A DNA stretch of 46,641 nt from Legionellales bacterium (GCA_002721165.1 PBJS01000009.1:70124-116764), one strand, 5' to 3'; positions 20,672-30,407 are shown, counted from the stretch's first letter. Notes: generated from the letters alone by a model not told the origin. A program made the numbers and translations.

Positions 20672-21373
20672 ATGAATAGTACTTATCAACAAAAATATTT
20701 AAAAGAGATTGGTATTACAGTATGGTCGGAAAAAAAACTAAGAAGTATTAAAAATATTGAAGCCGATACTCAAAATTTTTCTTTAGCGAATAAATTATTA
20801 GATGAAGAATTAGGCCAAGAATTGGGCCATCTTGCCAGTGAGGTTGAATCATGCAAACAGTGCGAATTATATAAATCAAGAACAAAAACCGTTTTTGGTG
20901 TTGGCAACAAGAATGCAGATTGGTTAATTATTGGTGAAGCACCGGGGGCAGAGGAGGATCTCAAAGGAGAGCCTTTTGTTGGACGCGCAGGAAAATTATT
21001 AAATGCAATGTTTCTTTCTATGGGGTTACAAAGAAAAGAAGTGTTTATTGCTAATATATTAAAGTGCAGGCCGCCAAAAAATCGTGATCCAAAATTAGAA
21101 GAAGTAGAGACTTGTGAGAAATATTTAAAGCAACAGATCGAATTAATTCAGCCCAAAATTATTTTGGCACTTGGGAGAATTGCAGCTCAAAATTTATTAA
21201 AAACAGATACGCCTATTGGTAAAATGCGTGGGAATTCTTATCTTTATCCAAACAGCAATCTACCTGTGGTTGTTACTTACCATCCGGCATATTTACTTCG
21301 TTCGCCCACTGAAAAACGCAAAGTATGGGAAGACCTGAAATTAGCTAAGAATATATTTAGAGAGTCAGCATGA
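20672..21373 (+). CDS. Family 4 uracil-DNA glycosylase (Fe-S) with psi-like N-terminal extension
   Basis: [36 protein letters not shown] motifs, with four cluster cysteines present. Confidence 0.92.
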   Translation: MNSTYQQKYLKEIGITVWSEKKLRSIKNIEADTQNFSLANKLLDEELGQELGHLASEVESCKQCELYKSRTKTVFGVGNKNADWLIIGEAPGAEEDLKGEPFVGRAGKLLNAMFLSMGLQRKEVFIANILKCRPPKNRDPKLEEVETCEKYLKQQIELIQPKIILALGRIAAQNLLKTDTPIGKMRGNSYLYPNSNLPVVVTYHPAYLLRSPTEKRKVWEDLKLAKNIFRESA

Positions 21374-21849
21374 GTGCAGTTATCAAAACAAGTGATATAT
21401 ATATCAGACCGATGGTAGAACAGGATGTCACTTCTATTATTAGCATCGAGAAGAATGCATATGATTTTCCATGGGGCCAAACAATTTTTCAAGATTGTTT
21501 GCGTTCAGGTTATAGTTCTTGGGTTATTGAAAATAATCAAACTTTAATCGGCTATGGTGTTATGTTAATTACATCGGACGAATCACACATTTTAAATCTA
21601 TGCGTTCATCCTGATTATCAATCAATGGGAATTGGTAAGCAATTGTTAGAACATTTTCTAGGTTTAGCTGAAAGACATAATATACAAAGGGTTTTTTTAG
21701 AAGTTAGACCAACAAATTTCAAAGCCATTAGCCTTTATACAGGTATGGGTTTTAATGAGATAGGTAAACGCCGTGATTATTATCCAACAAAAATTGGGCG
21801 AGAAGACGCACTGATTTTAGCTAAAACGTTATTGAAAGAAGATTTATAA
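21370..21849 (+). CDS. rimI: Ribosomal protein S18-alanine N-acetyltransferase
   Basis: GNAT: FPW, HILNLCV....Q..G.G, FLEVR.TN..AI.LY...GF, RRDYYP...GREDA; ATGA overlap with udg. Confidence 0.93.
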   Translation: MSAVIKTSDIYIRPMVEQDVTSIISIEKNAYDFPWGQTIFQDCLRSGYSSWVIENNQTLIGYGVMLITSDESHILNLCVHPDYQSMGIGKQLLEHFLGLAERHNIQRVFLEVRPTNFKAISLYTGMGFNEIGKRRDYYPTKIGREDALILAKTLLKEDL

Positions 21850-22778
21850 TGACCACAAAAGACAATGTAAAAATTAGCAAAGGCTTACCAGATTTTCCGA
21901 CAATCGAATCTTTTGTAGGCAATACACCTTTGGTAAAACTTCAACGTTTGCCGGGAAATTCTACTAATATTATTTTGGGTAAACTTGAAGGCAATAATCC
22001 CGCTGGTTCAGTGAAGGATAGACCAGCACTGAGCATGATCAAGCACGCAGAAATGCGTGGAGAAATTAAACCCGGCGATACATTAATTGAGGCAACTAGC
22101 GGTAACACAGGTATTGCTCTGGCTATGGCAGCAGCAATTCGTGGCTATCGCATAATACTAATAATGCCTGAAAATATGAGTGTTGAACGACGTGCGGTAA
22201 TGAAAGCTTTTGGCGCTGAAATTGTATTGACTTCCGATGAGGGGAGTATGGAAGAGGCTATTGATGTTTCCCGTGAAATGGAGGCGCAAGGTAAAGGTAG
22301 AATATTAGATCAATTTGCTAACCCAGATAATCCTCGTTCACATTACGAGGGAACAGGCCCTGAATTATGGAGAGATACCAATGGAAAGATTACACACTTT
22401 GTAAGTGCAATGGGTACAACGGGGACAATAATGGGGACATCACGTTTTTTAAAAGAGATGAACCCAAATATTCAAATTATCGGTGTACAGCCTGAAGATG
22501 GTGCGCGAATCCCAGGTATTAGGCGTTGGCCTAAAGAGTATATGCCAAAAATTTTCGAATCTACAAGAGTTGATCGAATTATTGACGTTACACAATCTCT
22601 TGCGGAGGAAACAACTCTTGCTCTTGGCAAAATGGAAGGTATATTTGCCGGCATATCGTCCGGAGGTTCTGTGGCTGCTGCACTTCAGATATCTAGTGAA
22701 ATTGAAAATGCTGTTATAGTTTCAATTATTTGTGATCGGGGCGATCGTTATCTGTCAACGAATGTTTTTCCAGAATGA
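21849..22778 (+). CDS. cysM: Cysteine synthase B
   Basis: VGNTPLV, KLEGNNPAGSVKDR (PLP lysine), EATSGNTG, GTTGTIMG, IPGIRRWP, ICDRGDRYLS. Confidence 0.94.
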   Translation: MTTKDNVKISKGLPDFPTIESFVGNTPLVKLQRLPGNSTNIILGKLEGNNPAGSVKDRPALSMIKHAEMRGEIKPGDTLIEATSGNTGIALAMAAAIRGYRIILIMPENMSVERRAVMKAFGAEIVLTSDEGSMEEAIDVSREMEAQGKGRILDQFANPDNPRSHYEGTGPELWRDTNGKITHFVSAMGTTGTIMGTSRFLKEMNPNIQIIGVQPEDGARIPGIRRWPKEYMPKIFESTRVDRIIDVTQSLAEETTLALGKMEGIFAGISSGGSVAAALQISSEIENAVIVSIICDRGDRYLSTNVFPE

Positions 22779-22803
22779 TCCCATTAAAATATAGTACTCT
22801 AGA

Positions 22804-23583
22804 ATGAATATACTCGTTTTTGATATTGAGACAATTCCGGATATTGACTCAGGTAAAAAGATTTTTAATCTAGACGATCTTAGTGAGGAAAATGTTGTAC
22901 AAGTAATGCAAAATCATCGTTACCAACAAAGCGATGGCAAAACAGAATTTTTACAACTTTACCTACATAAGATCGTATCAATATCTGTTATTTTAAAAAC
23001 AAGTGATAAAATAAATGTATGGTCACTAGGAAATAAAAGTTCGTCTGAAGCAGAATTACTTGAACATTTTTATGAGGGAATAGAACGATACACCCCCACA
23101 CTTGTATCTTGGAATGGAAGTGGTTTTGATTTACCCGTCATGCATTATCGATCGCTTATACACGGCGTTGTTTCTCAACGCTACTGGGAAAGTGGTGACG
23201 GTGATCAATCTTTTCGTTGGAACAATTATTTATCTCGTTTCCATAGTAGGCATACAGATCTAATGGATGTTTTGTCAGGATATATCCCTACTGCTAAAGC
23301 ACCACTAGATAAAATCGCTACTATTTTAGGCTTCCCAGGAAAAATGGATATGAGTGGTGGAAAAGTTTGGGAAAAATATAGAGCTGGTGATATAGAGTCT
23401 ATTCGTAACTATTGTGAGACTGATGTACTTAATACATATTTAATTTATATGAGGTATCAATTAATACGAGGAAAATTAACGAATGATTCATATATTGAAG
23501 AATGTAATCAAGTACGTGAAATGCTAAAAAATAAAAAAAAATCGCATCTAGAAGAATTTCTTAAAGCCTGGCAAGATAGTTAA
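22804..23583 (+). CDS. Predicted 3'-5' exonuclease (PolB-exonuclease-related family)
   Basis: VFDIETIPD, SWNGSGFDLPV..YR, H.DLMD, GFPGK..M.G..V, YCETDV.NTY. Confidence 0.85.
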   Translation: MNILVFDIETIPDIDSGKKIFNLDDLSEENVVQVMQNHRYQQSDGKTEFLQLYLHKIVSISVILKTSDKINVWSLGNKSSSEAELLEHFYEGIERYTPTLVSWNGSGFDLPVMHYRSLIHGVVSQRYWESGDGDQSFRWNNYLSRFHSRHTDLMDVLSGYIPTAKAPLDKIATILGFPGKMDMSGGKVWEKYRAGDIESIRNYCETDVLNTYLIYMRYQLIRGKLTNDSYIEECNQVREMLKNKKKSHLEEFLKAWQDS

Positions 23584-23617
23584 AATATATTTATATTATT
23601 ACTGTTTTCTATAATAA

Positions 23618-25129
23618 ATGAGAACGGAAAAAAAAATATCACAAACTAAATATTTATTAATATTATATGTTATATTTTTTCAATTTTTCATTAGTAGTTG
23701 TAAGGATTCAAACAGAGAAACTATCGCAGTCGGTTTAAGTACTAGCCCAATAACTTTAGATCCACGTTATGCAACTGATGCAATTTCATATCGTATAACT
23801 AGATTACTTTATGAAAGCCTTGTAGATTTTGATGAAGAATTTCGTGTTAAACCTCAATTAGCAGATTGGCAAAAAATCTCACCAACTCATTACAGGTTTA
23901 GTTTAAGAAAAAACTTGAAAGAATTTCATAATGGTTCTCCACTAACATCTGAGGATGTTAGAGCAACATATCAATCAGTATTAAATCCAGAAGAGATCTC
24001 ACCACATAAAGGATCAATTGACATGATCAAATCAATCCATGCTGTGGACCCTAATACTATTGATTTCAAATTATTTTATGCTGATCCTCTTTTTCCCGGG
24101 CGTTTAGTAATAGGTATTTTGCCTAAGGAGTTAATTTCCAAAAAACATAATTTTTCCCGGCAACCTATTGGTAATGGCCCAATGAAAATTATAAGCTTCA
24201 AAAATGATAAGCATCTAAAATTGAAACGCCTCGATGACAATAAAATAATAGAATTTATAACATTAAAAGATCCTATAGTGAGAGTTTTGAAGTTACTGAG
24301 AGGCGAAATTGATTTAATTCGAGGTAATCTACCACCTGAGATTGTATCCTGGTTAGCAGAAAAAGATTCCATAAAGGTAAAGAAAAAAAAGGGAAGTACT
24401 TTTACATATCTTGGTTTTAATATGGAAGATCCGCTAACCGGTAATTATTATATTAGAAGCGCGATTGCGCACGCTATAGATAGAAAATCAATCATACGGC
24501 ATGTAATGGGAAAATCAGCAAGACAGGCTGAAGCATTGTTACCCCCAGAACATTGGGCTGGCAACTCTGATTTAGTGAGTTTGGATTATAATCCTGATAA
24601 ATCTAGGAGGTTACTAGCACAGGCCGGTTATAACGATTCATCTCCGCTTAGAATAATCTACAAAATATCAAATGACCCTTTTCGACTGCGCTTAGCAACA
24701 ATTATTCAAAGCCAATTAAAGTCTGTTGGAATTGAAGTAGAAATACGTAGTTATGACTGGGGAACTTTTTATGGTGATATTAAAGAAGGACGTTTTCAAA
24801 TGTATAGTCTCTCATGGGTCGGACTGAAAATTCCTGACATTTTTTATTACATATTCCATAGTAAATCCATTCCACCCCATGGGGCTAATCGAGGTAGACT
24901 TAATGACTATAATGTTGATTTAATTCTTGAATTAGCTAAATTTGAGGCGTCATTGGATAAACAAGCCCTTTATTATAAGGATTTACAAAAATATTTATTA
25001 GATATATTGCCTTATATACCTTTGTGGTATGAAGATAATATATTGGTGTCTAAATCTGATATAAAAGGTTATAAACTAAATACCGATGGTAATTTTGATT
25101 CACTTAGATACGTAACAAAAAATAATTAA
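23618..25129 (+). CDS. ABC transporter substrate-binding lipoprotein, family 5 (Dpp/Opp/Nik-like)
   Basis: Lipobox ISSC (Cys28); LDPR.A, LYESLV, IGNGP, YLGFN..DP, R.AIAHAIDR, YIPLWY motifs. Confidence 0.88.
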   Translation: MRTEKKISQTKYLLILYVIFFQFFISSCKDSNRETIAVGLSTSPITLDPRYATDAISYRITRLLYESLVDFDEEFRVKPQLADWQKISPTHYRFSLRKNLKEFHNGSPLTSEDVRATYQSVLNPEEISPHKGSIDMIKSIHAVDPNTIDFKLFYADPLFPGRLVIGILPKELISKKHNFSRQPIGNGPMKIISFKNDKHLKLKRLDDNKIIEFITLKDPIVRVLKLLRGEIDLIRGNLPPEIVSWLAEKDSIKVKKKKGSTFTYLGFNMEDPLTGNYYIRSAIAHAIDRKSIIRHVMGKSARQAEALLPPEHWAGNSDLVSLDYNPDKSRRLLAQAGYNDSSPLRIIYKISNDPFRLRLATIIQSQLKSVGIEVEIRSYDWGTFYGDIKEGRFQMYSLSWVGLKIPDIFYYIFHSKSIPPHGANRGRLNDYNVDLILELAKFEASLDKQALYYKDLQKYLLDILPYIPLWYEDNILVSKSDIKGYKLNTDGNFDSLRYVTKNN

Positions 25130-25136
25130 TATATTT

Positions 25137-25616
25137 ATGCATATTAAAGTATCTATTTTTCAACAACAGCTGATTCTTTTAGATGAGGATAGGGCGGTTA
25201 GAGAATTTTTTGTTTCTACTGCTAAAAATGGTGCAGGGGAGAAAAAGAATAGTGAATGTACTCCACAGGGAAAACACATCATCACAGAAAAAATTGGTTA
25301 TGGGGCTAGAGAAAATTCTGTTTTTGTCGGTAGAGTAGAAACAAATGAATTGTATAAACCTGAATTACGCGATTTATTCCCAGAAAGAGATTGGATACTT
25401 ACAAGAATACTATGGCTAAGTGGTTTAGAAGAGGGCAAGAATAAAGGCGGTGACGTCGATACCCATGACAGATATATTTATATACACGGTTCTCCTGATG
25501 ATATTGAAATGGGCAAGGCTGGTTCGAAAGGATGTATTCGAATGCGAAATTCTGATGTTATTGAATTATTTGATTTAGTAGAAGTTGGAACGACTGTAAC
25601 TATTAGTGAAAGATAA
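25137..25616 (+). CDS. YkuD-domain (L,D-transpeptidase fold) protein without signal peptide, ElsL-like
   Basis: VSTA.NG.GE, TP.G.H, RDWILTRILWL.GLE.G.N, RYIYIHG, S.GCIRM (His117/Cys133); single domain, no hydrophobic N-terminus. Confidence 0.85.
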   Translation: MHIKVSIFQQQLILLDEDRAVREFFVSTAKNGAGEKKNSECTPQGKHIITEKIGYGARENSVFVGRVETNELYKPELRDLFPERDWILTRILWLSGLEEGKNKGGDVDTHDRYIYIHGSPDDIEMGKAGSKGCIRMRNSDVIELFDLVEVGTTVTISER

Positions 25617-25636
25617 AAAATATATAAAATAAAACA

Positions 25637-26563
25637 GTGTATCTCAATTATATAATTAAACGATTGTTCAGTGCTGTTTTTGTATTGTTTAGTATATTAA
25701 CTCTAGTATTTTTCTTGATTCATATTGTTCCTGGTGATCCTATTGAGGTAATGTTGGGTGAGACAGCTAGAACAACCGATAGAGAAGCCTTAAGGCATGC
25801 TCTCGGTTTGGATTTACCAATTATTCAACAGTGGTTAATTTATTTACATAGTTTTTTTCACTTTGATCTCGGAACATCATTACATTCTAAACAACAGGTT
25901 AGTCAATTGTTGTTAGAACATGCATTACCAACAGCTATATTAAGTTTAGCTAGTTTGTTTGTCGCAATTCTAATTTCCGTTCCACTAGGAATATTGTCAG
26001 CAGTGCATAAGGATTCTATTTTAGACAAATTTTCAATGATGACAGCAGTACTCGGTGTTTCTATCCCTAACTTTGTTATGGGCCCGCTATTGATTTTGAC
26101 TTTTTCACTTTGGCTAGGTTGGTTTCCCGTAAGCGGTAATGAAGGTGTGACTTCATTAATCCTTCCAGCATTGACACTAGGCACCGCACTTGCTGCAATT
26201 TTGTCACGAATGATACGCTCTTCGATGCTAGAAGTTTTACAAGAAGACTATATACGATCAGCATATGCTCGCGGATTGACTAAATTTAATGTCTTAGTAT
26301 TTCATGCGTTACGTAATGCTGTATTGCCGATAGTTACCATCTTGGGAATGCAGCTTGGAACCCTTTTAGCAGGTGCCGTCATCACAGAAACTATATTTGC
26401 ATGGCCAGGCATTGGCCAGTTGATTATAGAGTCTATACAAAAAAGAGATTATCCGGTTATTCAAGGCTGTGTAATATTAATCAGTTTTACTTATGTACTA
26501 GTCAATCTTGTTACTGATTTTATTTGCTTATCACTAGACCCAAGAATTAAATTAGATTCATGA
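25637..26563 (+). CDS. Peptide-type ABC transporter permease (DppB-like)
   Basis: PGDP, LGLD.P...Q, DLG.S, RS.MLEVL.EDYIR.A.ARGL (EAA loop), H.LRNA..P, FAWPGIG, RDYPVIQG; GTG start. Confidence 0.92.
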   Translation: MYLNYIIKRLFSAVFVLFSILTLVFFLIHIVPGDPIEVMLGETARTTDREALRHALGLDLPIIQQWLIYLHSFFHFDLGTSLHSKQQVSQLLLEHALPTAILSLASLFVAILISVPLGILSAVHKDSILDKFSMMTAVLGVSIPNFVMGPLLILTFSLWLGWFPVSGNEGVTSLILPALTLGTALAAILSRMIRSSMLEVLQEDYIRSAYARGLTKFNVLVFHALRNAVLPIVTILGMQLGTLLAGAVITETIFAWPGIGQLIIESIQKRDYPVIQGCVILISFTYVLVNLVTDFICLSLDPRIKLDS

Positions 26564-27354
26564 TGAAAAAAATTAATATACCTTTTTTTATAATTAAATT
26601 TTGGTTTGTTTGCGGCATATTGGCATTAATATTACCGTTGCAGCCTGACCAAATCGAATTGAACAAAATTCTTTTAGGACCGAATTTAGAACAATGGTGT
26701 GGCTACGATCATTTAGGCCGTCCGATTTGCGAACGGCTAATTATGGGAGCAAAAACATCTTTGAGTGTTGCAATTGTTGTTGTCTTAATATCTTTTATTG
26801 TCGGTACTTTTTTTGGCGTAATTTGTGCATGGCTTGGTGGAATTTATGATAAATTTCTTGTAGCGATGATTGATATTTTTATTTCCTTTCCTGGAATTTT
26901 ATTAGCAATTGTACTAGCTGGGTTGTTAGGACCAGGTTTAGCAAATACAGTTATAGCGTTGTCTATTGTAAGTTGGGTTGGGTTTTCTAGATTGGCTAGA
27001 ATACAAACACTAAGCATTAAGAATCGTGATCATATTATTGCAGCGCATGCTCTTGGAACATTAGATTATGTGATTGCGTTAAAACACATTTTACCATTAA
27101 TAATTGCGCCATTAATTATCGAAGCAACATTTACAATTGCAAGTGTCATTATTGCTGAGGCGGGTTTATCGTTTTTAGGTTTGGGTATACAGCCTCCGGC
27201 AGCTTCTTGGGGGACTATGATACGCGATGGAACTCAATATATGTTGGTAGCTCCACATATGGTTTTAGCTCCGGGATTTGCTATTCTCTCACTGGTACTA
27301 TGCATAAACCTTATGGGTGATGATATGAGAGACAGAATGGATATTAGAGATTAA
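26560..27354 (+). CDS. Peptide-type ABC transporter permease (DppC-like)
   Basis: G.D.LGR, G.KTSL, AA.ALG...HILP, EAGLSFLGLG.QPP..SWG.M, NL.GD..RD; ATGA overlap with the previous permease. Confidence 0.92.
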   Translation: MMKKINIPFFIIKFWFVCGILALILPLQPDQIELNKILLGPNLEQWCGYDHLGRPICERLIMGAKTSLSVAIVVVLISFIVGTFFGVICAWLGGIYDKFLVAMIDIFISFPGILLAIVLAGLLGPGLANTVIALSIVSWVGFSRLARIQTLSIKNRDHIIAAHALGTLDYVIALKHILPLIIAPLIIEATFTIASVIIAEAGLSFLGLGIQPPAASWGTMIRDGTQYMLVAPHMVLAPGFAILSLVLCINLMGDDMRDRMDIRD

Positions 27355-27356
27355 AA

Positions 27357-28403
27357 ATGAGAAATCACGCAGCTCCTAGAGCATTACAATTAGGGTCGAT
27401 CATGTGCGATATAAACGGGCTTGATCTAGATGAAGATGAACGCGAACTATTGCTTCATCCTCTAATTGGCGGCGTTATTTTATTTTCTCGTAATTATGAT
27501 TCGCCAAAACAATTAGCAGAATTAACCAGTAAGATTCATGGATTACGACATCCTTCGTTACTAATTGCGGTAGATCATGAAGGAGGTAGAATCCAACGGT
27601 TTCGCAATGGTTTCAGCCAATTACCCGCATGTAGTCTGTTTGGCGCACATAAATCAACAAAAGAAGCAAACCTACTAGCCGAATATGCTGGTTGGCTTAT
27701 GTCTACTGAATTATTATCAGTAGGCATAGATTTTAGTTTTGCTCCCGTGCTAGATGTTGGCGGAAACAGAAGTGAAGTAATAGGCGATCGTGCATTTCAT
27801 ACTGAGCCAAAACAGATTTCTAGTTTAACGAAAGCTTTTACGACTGGCATGAATGAAGCCGGTATGGCGGCTGTTGGGAAGCACTTCCCGGGTCATGGTT
27901 CGGTTATTGAGGATTCTCACTTTTCTGCACCATCGGATCCACGTTCATTTAATGATATTAATGAACGAGATTTGATACCTTTCAGGGATCTAATAAATTT
28001 TGGTATTTTAGGATTAATGCCAGCACATGTTGTATATTCAGAGATTGATAAGGTACCGGCAGGATTTTCATCTATTTGGTTAAAAGAGATTTTGAGAAAA
28101 CAGTTGAAATTTCAGGGGGCAATTTTTAGCGATGATCTCAGTATGGCTGGCGCTGAGATTGTTGGAGATTATACTAAAAGAACAAAACTCGCGCTTGAAG
28201 CCGGTTGCGATATGGTATTAATCTGTAATAGTAGGCAGGGTTTAATTTCTGTAATGGATAATAATAAAGTATCTACTAATGATTGTTCTCTAACTCGTTT
28301 AGAGAAAATGCATGGTAATTTTAATTACATTTATAGTGATCTGAAAAATAAAAAAATATGGCAAGAACGTTCTAAAAAAATCGAAAGTTTTTTAAATAAA
28401 TAA
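27357..28403 (+). CDS. nagZ: Beta-N-acetylhexosaminidase NagZ
   Basis: GGVILF.RN, VDHEGGR.QR, FAPVLD, KHFPGHG, DSH, M.AHV, SDDLSM.GA GH3 motifs. Confidence 0.95.
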   Translation: MRNHAAPRALQLGSIMCDINGLDLDEDERELLLHPLIGGVILFSRNYDSPKQLAELTSKIHGLRHPSLLIAVDHEGGRIQRFRNGFSQLPACSLFGAHKSTKEANLLAEYAGWLMSTELLSVGIDFSFAPVLDVGGNRSEVIGDRAFHTEPKQISSLTKAFTTGMNEAGMAAVGKHFPGHGSVIEDSHFSAPSDPRSFNDINERDLIPFRDLINFGILGLMPAHVVYSEIDKVPAGFSSIWLKEILRKQLKFQGAIFSDDLSMAGAEIVGDYTKRTKLALEAGCDMVLICNSRQGLISVMDNNKVSTNDCSLTRLEKMHGNFNYIYSDLKNKKIWQERSKKIESFLNK

Positions 28404-28426
28404 TTTTTAATTATAGGCGAGACTAA

Positions 28427-29530
28427 ATGAATTTTTCAGAATTGATGGAGTTTAACAAAGATTTTTTCGGCGATGAAACATGGATAATAGAAGTTTTTAT
28501 AATTGTATTATTGACGGGATTTATAAATTTCATACAAAAAAGATCTCATCATAAGATTCTTTCAAAGCTTAAAAAGACAAAAACTTTTTGGGATGATATA
28601 TTTTTCGAGGCCGCCAAGAAACCGCTGTCACTCTTAATTTGGATAACTGGTCTTGCTTTTGCAGCAGATATAGCAGAGGAACACACAGGGTCAATTATCT
28701 TTGGTGCTGTTTCACCTTTATATCAAATTGGCGTACTCATTGTAATAGGCTGGTTCTTAATAAGATTTATAACGTACGCCGAAAGCAATATTATTTCGAC
28801 TAAACAATCTGCTGGCGAGGAGATTGACCAGACAACCATTGATGCTATTGCTAAATTACTTCGTATTTCAGTAATCATTATAGGTTTTTTAGTTGCTCTC
28901 CAATCACTAGGGTTCAGTATTTCAGGTGTTCTAGCTTTTGGTGGTGTTGGAGGTATTGCTGTTGGTTTTGCAGCAAGAGACTTATTAGCTAATTTTTTTG
29001 GCGGGTTGATGATCTATATGGATCGCCCTTTTAATGTTGGCGACTGGATTCGATCACCAGATAAAGAAATTGAGGGAACCGTTGAAAAAATAGGATGGCG
29101 ATTAACAACTATCAGAACATTCGATAAAAGACCTTTGTATGTTCCAAATTCAGTATTCAATAACATCTCTGTTGAAAATCCTTCAAGGATGTCTAACAGA
29201 AGAATTAAAGAAACAATAGGAATTCGTTATGATGATTTGTCTAAAATGGAAAAAATTATTGATGATGTAAAAAGAATGCTGAAAAATCACTCTGATATTG
29301 ATACGACAAAAATCTTAATAGTAAATTTTGATGAATTTGCCCCTTCTTCATTAGATTTTTTTATTTATACCTTCACTAAAACTACTGATTGGGTTCGTTA
29401 TCATGAGATTAAGCAAGACATACTATTGAACGTTATAAAGATTATTGAATCAAATGGCGCTGAGTGCGCTTTTCCAACATCGACATTACACGTTTCGTCG
29501 ATGATTGACGCTTCTGATAAAGAGGCTTAG
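28427..29530 (+). CDS. MscS-family mechanosensitive channel
   Basis: Several N-terminal TMs, GG.GGIAVGFAA.D, D.PF.VGDWI, GTVE.IGWR.T, VPN, FP. Confidence 0.92.
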   Translation: MNFSELMEFNKDFFGDETWIIEVFIIVLLTGFINFIQKRSHHKILSKLKKTKTFWDDIFFEAAKKPLSLLIWITGLAFAADIAEEHTGSIIFGAVSPLYQIGVLIVIGWFLIRFITYAESNIISTKQSAGEEIDQTTIDAIAKLLRISVIIIGFLVALQSLGFSISGVLAFGGVGGIAVGFAARDLLANFFGGLMIYMDRPFNVGDWIRSPDKEIEGTVEKIGWRLTTIRTFDKRPLYVPNSVFNNISVENPSRMSNRRIKETIGIRYDDLSKMEKIIDDVKRMLKNHSDIDTTKILIVNFDEFAPSSLDFFIYTFTKTTDWVRYHEIKQDILLNVIKIIESNGAECAFPTSTLHVSSMIDASDKEA

Positions 29531-29576
29531 TAACTAAAGTATTTCATTTATATTTTTTGGGTTTTTATTTAAGAAA

Positions 29577-30407
29577 ATGATACTCGAATTCACAAAAATG
29601 CAGGGAACAGGAAATGATTTCGTTATATTTGATACATTTTCTCAATCTATTTCGCTAAATTCTAAGCAAATAAAGCGCATAGCGAATCGACGTTTAGGCG
29701 TTGGCTGCGATCAAATTTTATTGTTAGAGCCACCAAAGAATGATGAGGCAGATGTTTATTATCGAATTTTTAATTCTGATGGCACTGAAGTTATGCAATG
29801 TGGAAATGGCGCACGTTGTGCGGCTATATACCTTAACAGTAAAGGTTTGATTAAAAAAAACACTATTATTGCAGAAACTAAAAACAGCAAACTCATTTTA
29901 GAAATTAATAACAATCACTCTGTCACTGTAAATATGGGTATACCAGAATTTGATCCTGTTAATATACCACTGGACGTAGATCAAAAATTGGATACTTATT
30001 CTTTAAGCCTAGGAGATGAAAAAATTATTTTTGGGGCGGTTTCCTTTGGGAATCCTCATGCTGTGATAATTGTAGATGATGTGGAAGCTGCATTTGTGGG
30101 ACCCATTGGCGAGGCTTTTCAAAAACAAGCGATTTTTCCTGAAGGCGTAAATGTAGGTTTTGTTCAGATTTTAAATCAAAAGACTATTAAACTACGTGTG
30201 TATGAACGTGGAGTTGGCGAAACTCTTGCTTGTGGTAGCGGTGCTTGCGCCGCAGTCGTAATTGCACACGAACAAGGCCATCTAGATAAAGCTGTAGATG
30301 TAGAATTGAGAGGGGGCTGTTTATCACTAAGCTGGGAAGGAAAAGGAATGCCAGTATATATGAGTGGTTCTGTATCAACGGTGTATGAGGGGGAAATTGA
30401 GTTATGA
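29577..30407 (+). CDS. dapF: Diaminopimelate epimerase
   Basis: FTKMQGTGNDF, CGNGARC, GNPHAV, ERGVGET.ACGSGAC. Confidence 0.97.
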   Translation: MILEFTKMQGTGNDFVIFDTFSQSISLNSKQIKRIANRRLGVGCDQILLLEPPKNDEADVYYRIFNSDGTEVMQCGNGARCAAIYLNSKGLIKKNTIIAETKNSKLILEINNNHSVTVNMGIPEFDPVNIPLDVDQKLDTYSLSLGDEKIIFGAVSFGNPHAVIIVDDVEAAFVGPIGEAFQKQAIFPEGVNVGFVQILNQKTIKLRVYERGVGETLACGSGACAAVVIAHEQGHLDKAVDVELRGGCLSLSWEGKGMPVYMSGSVSTVYEGEIEL

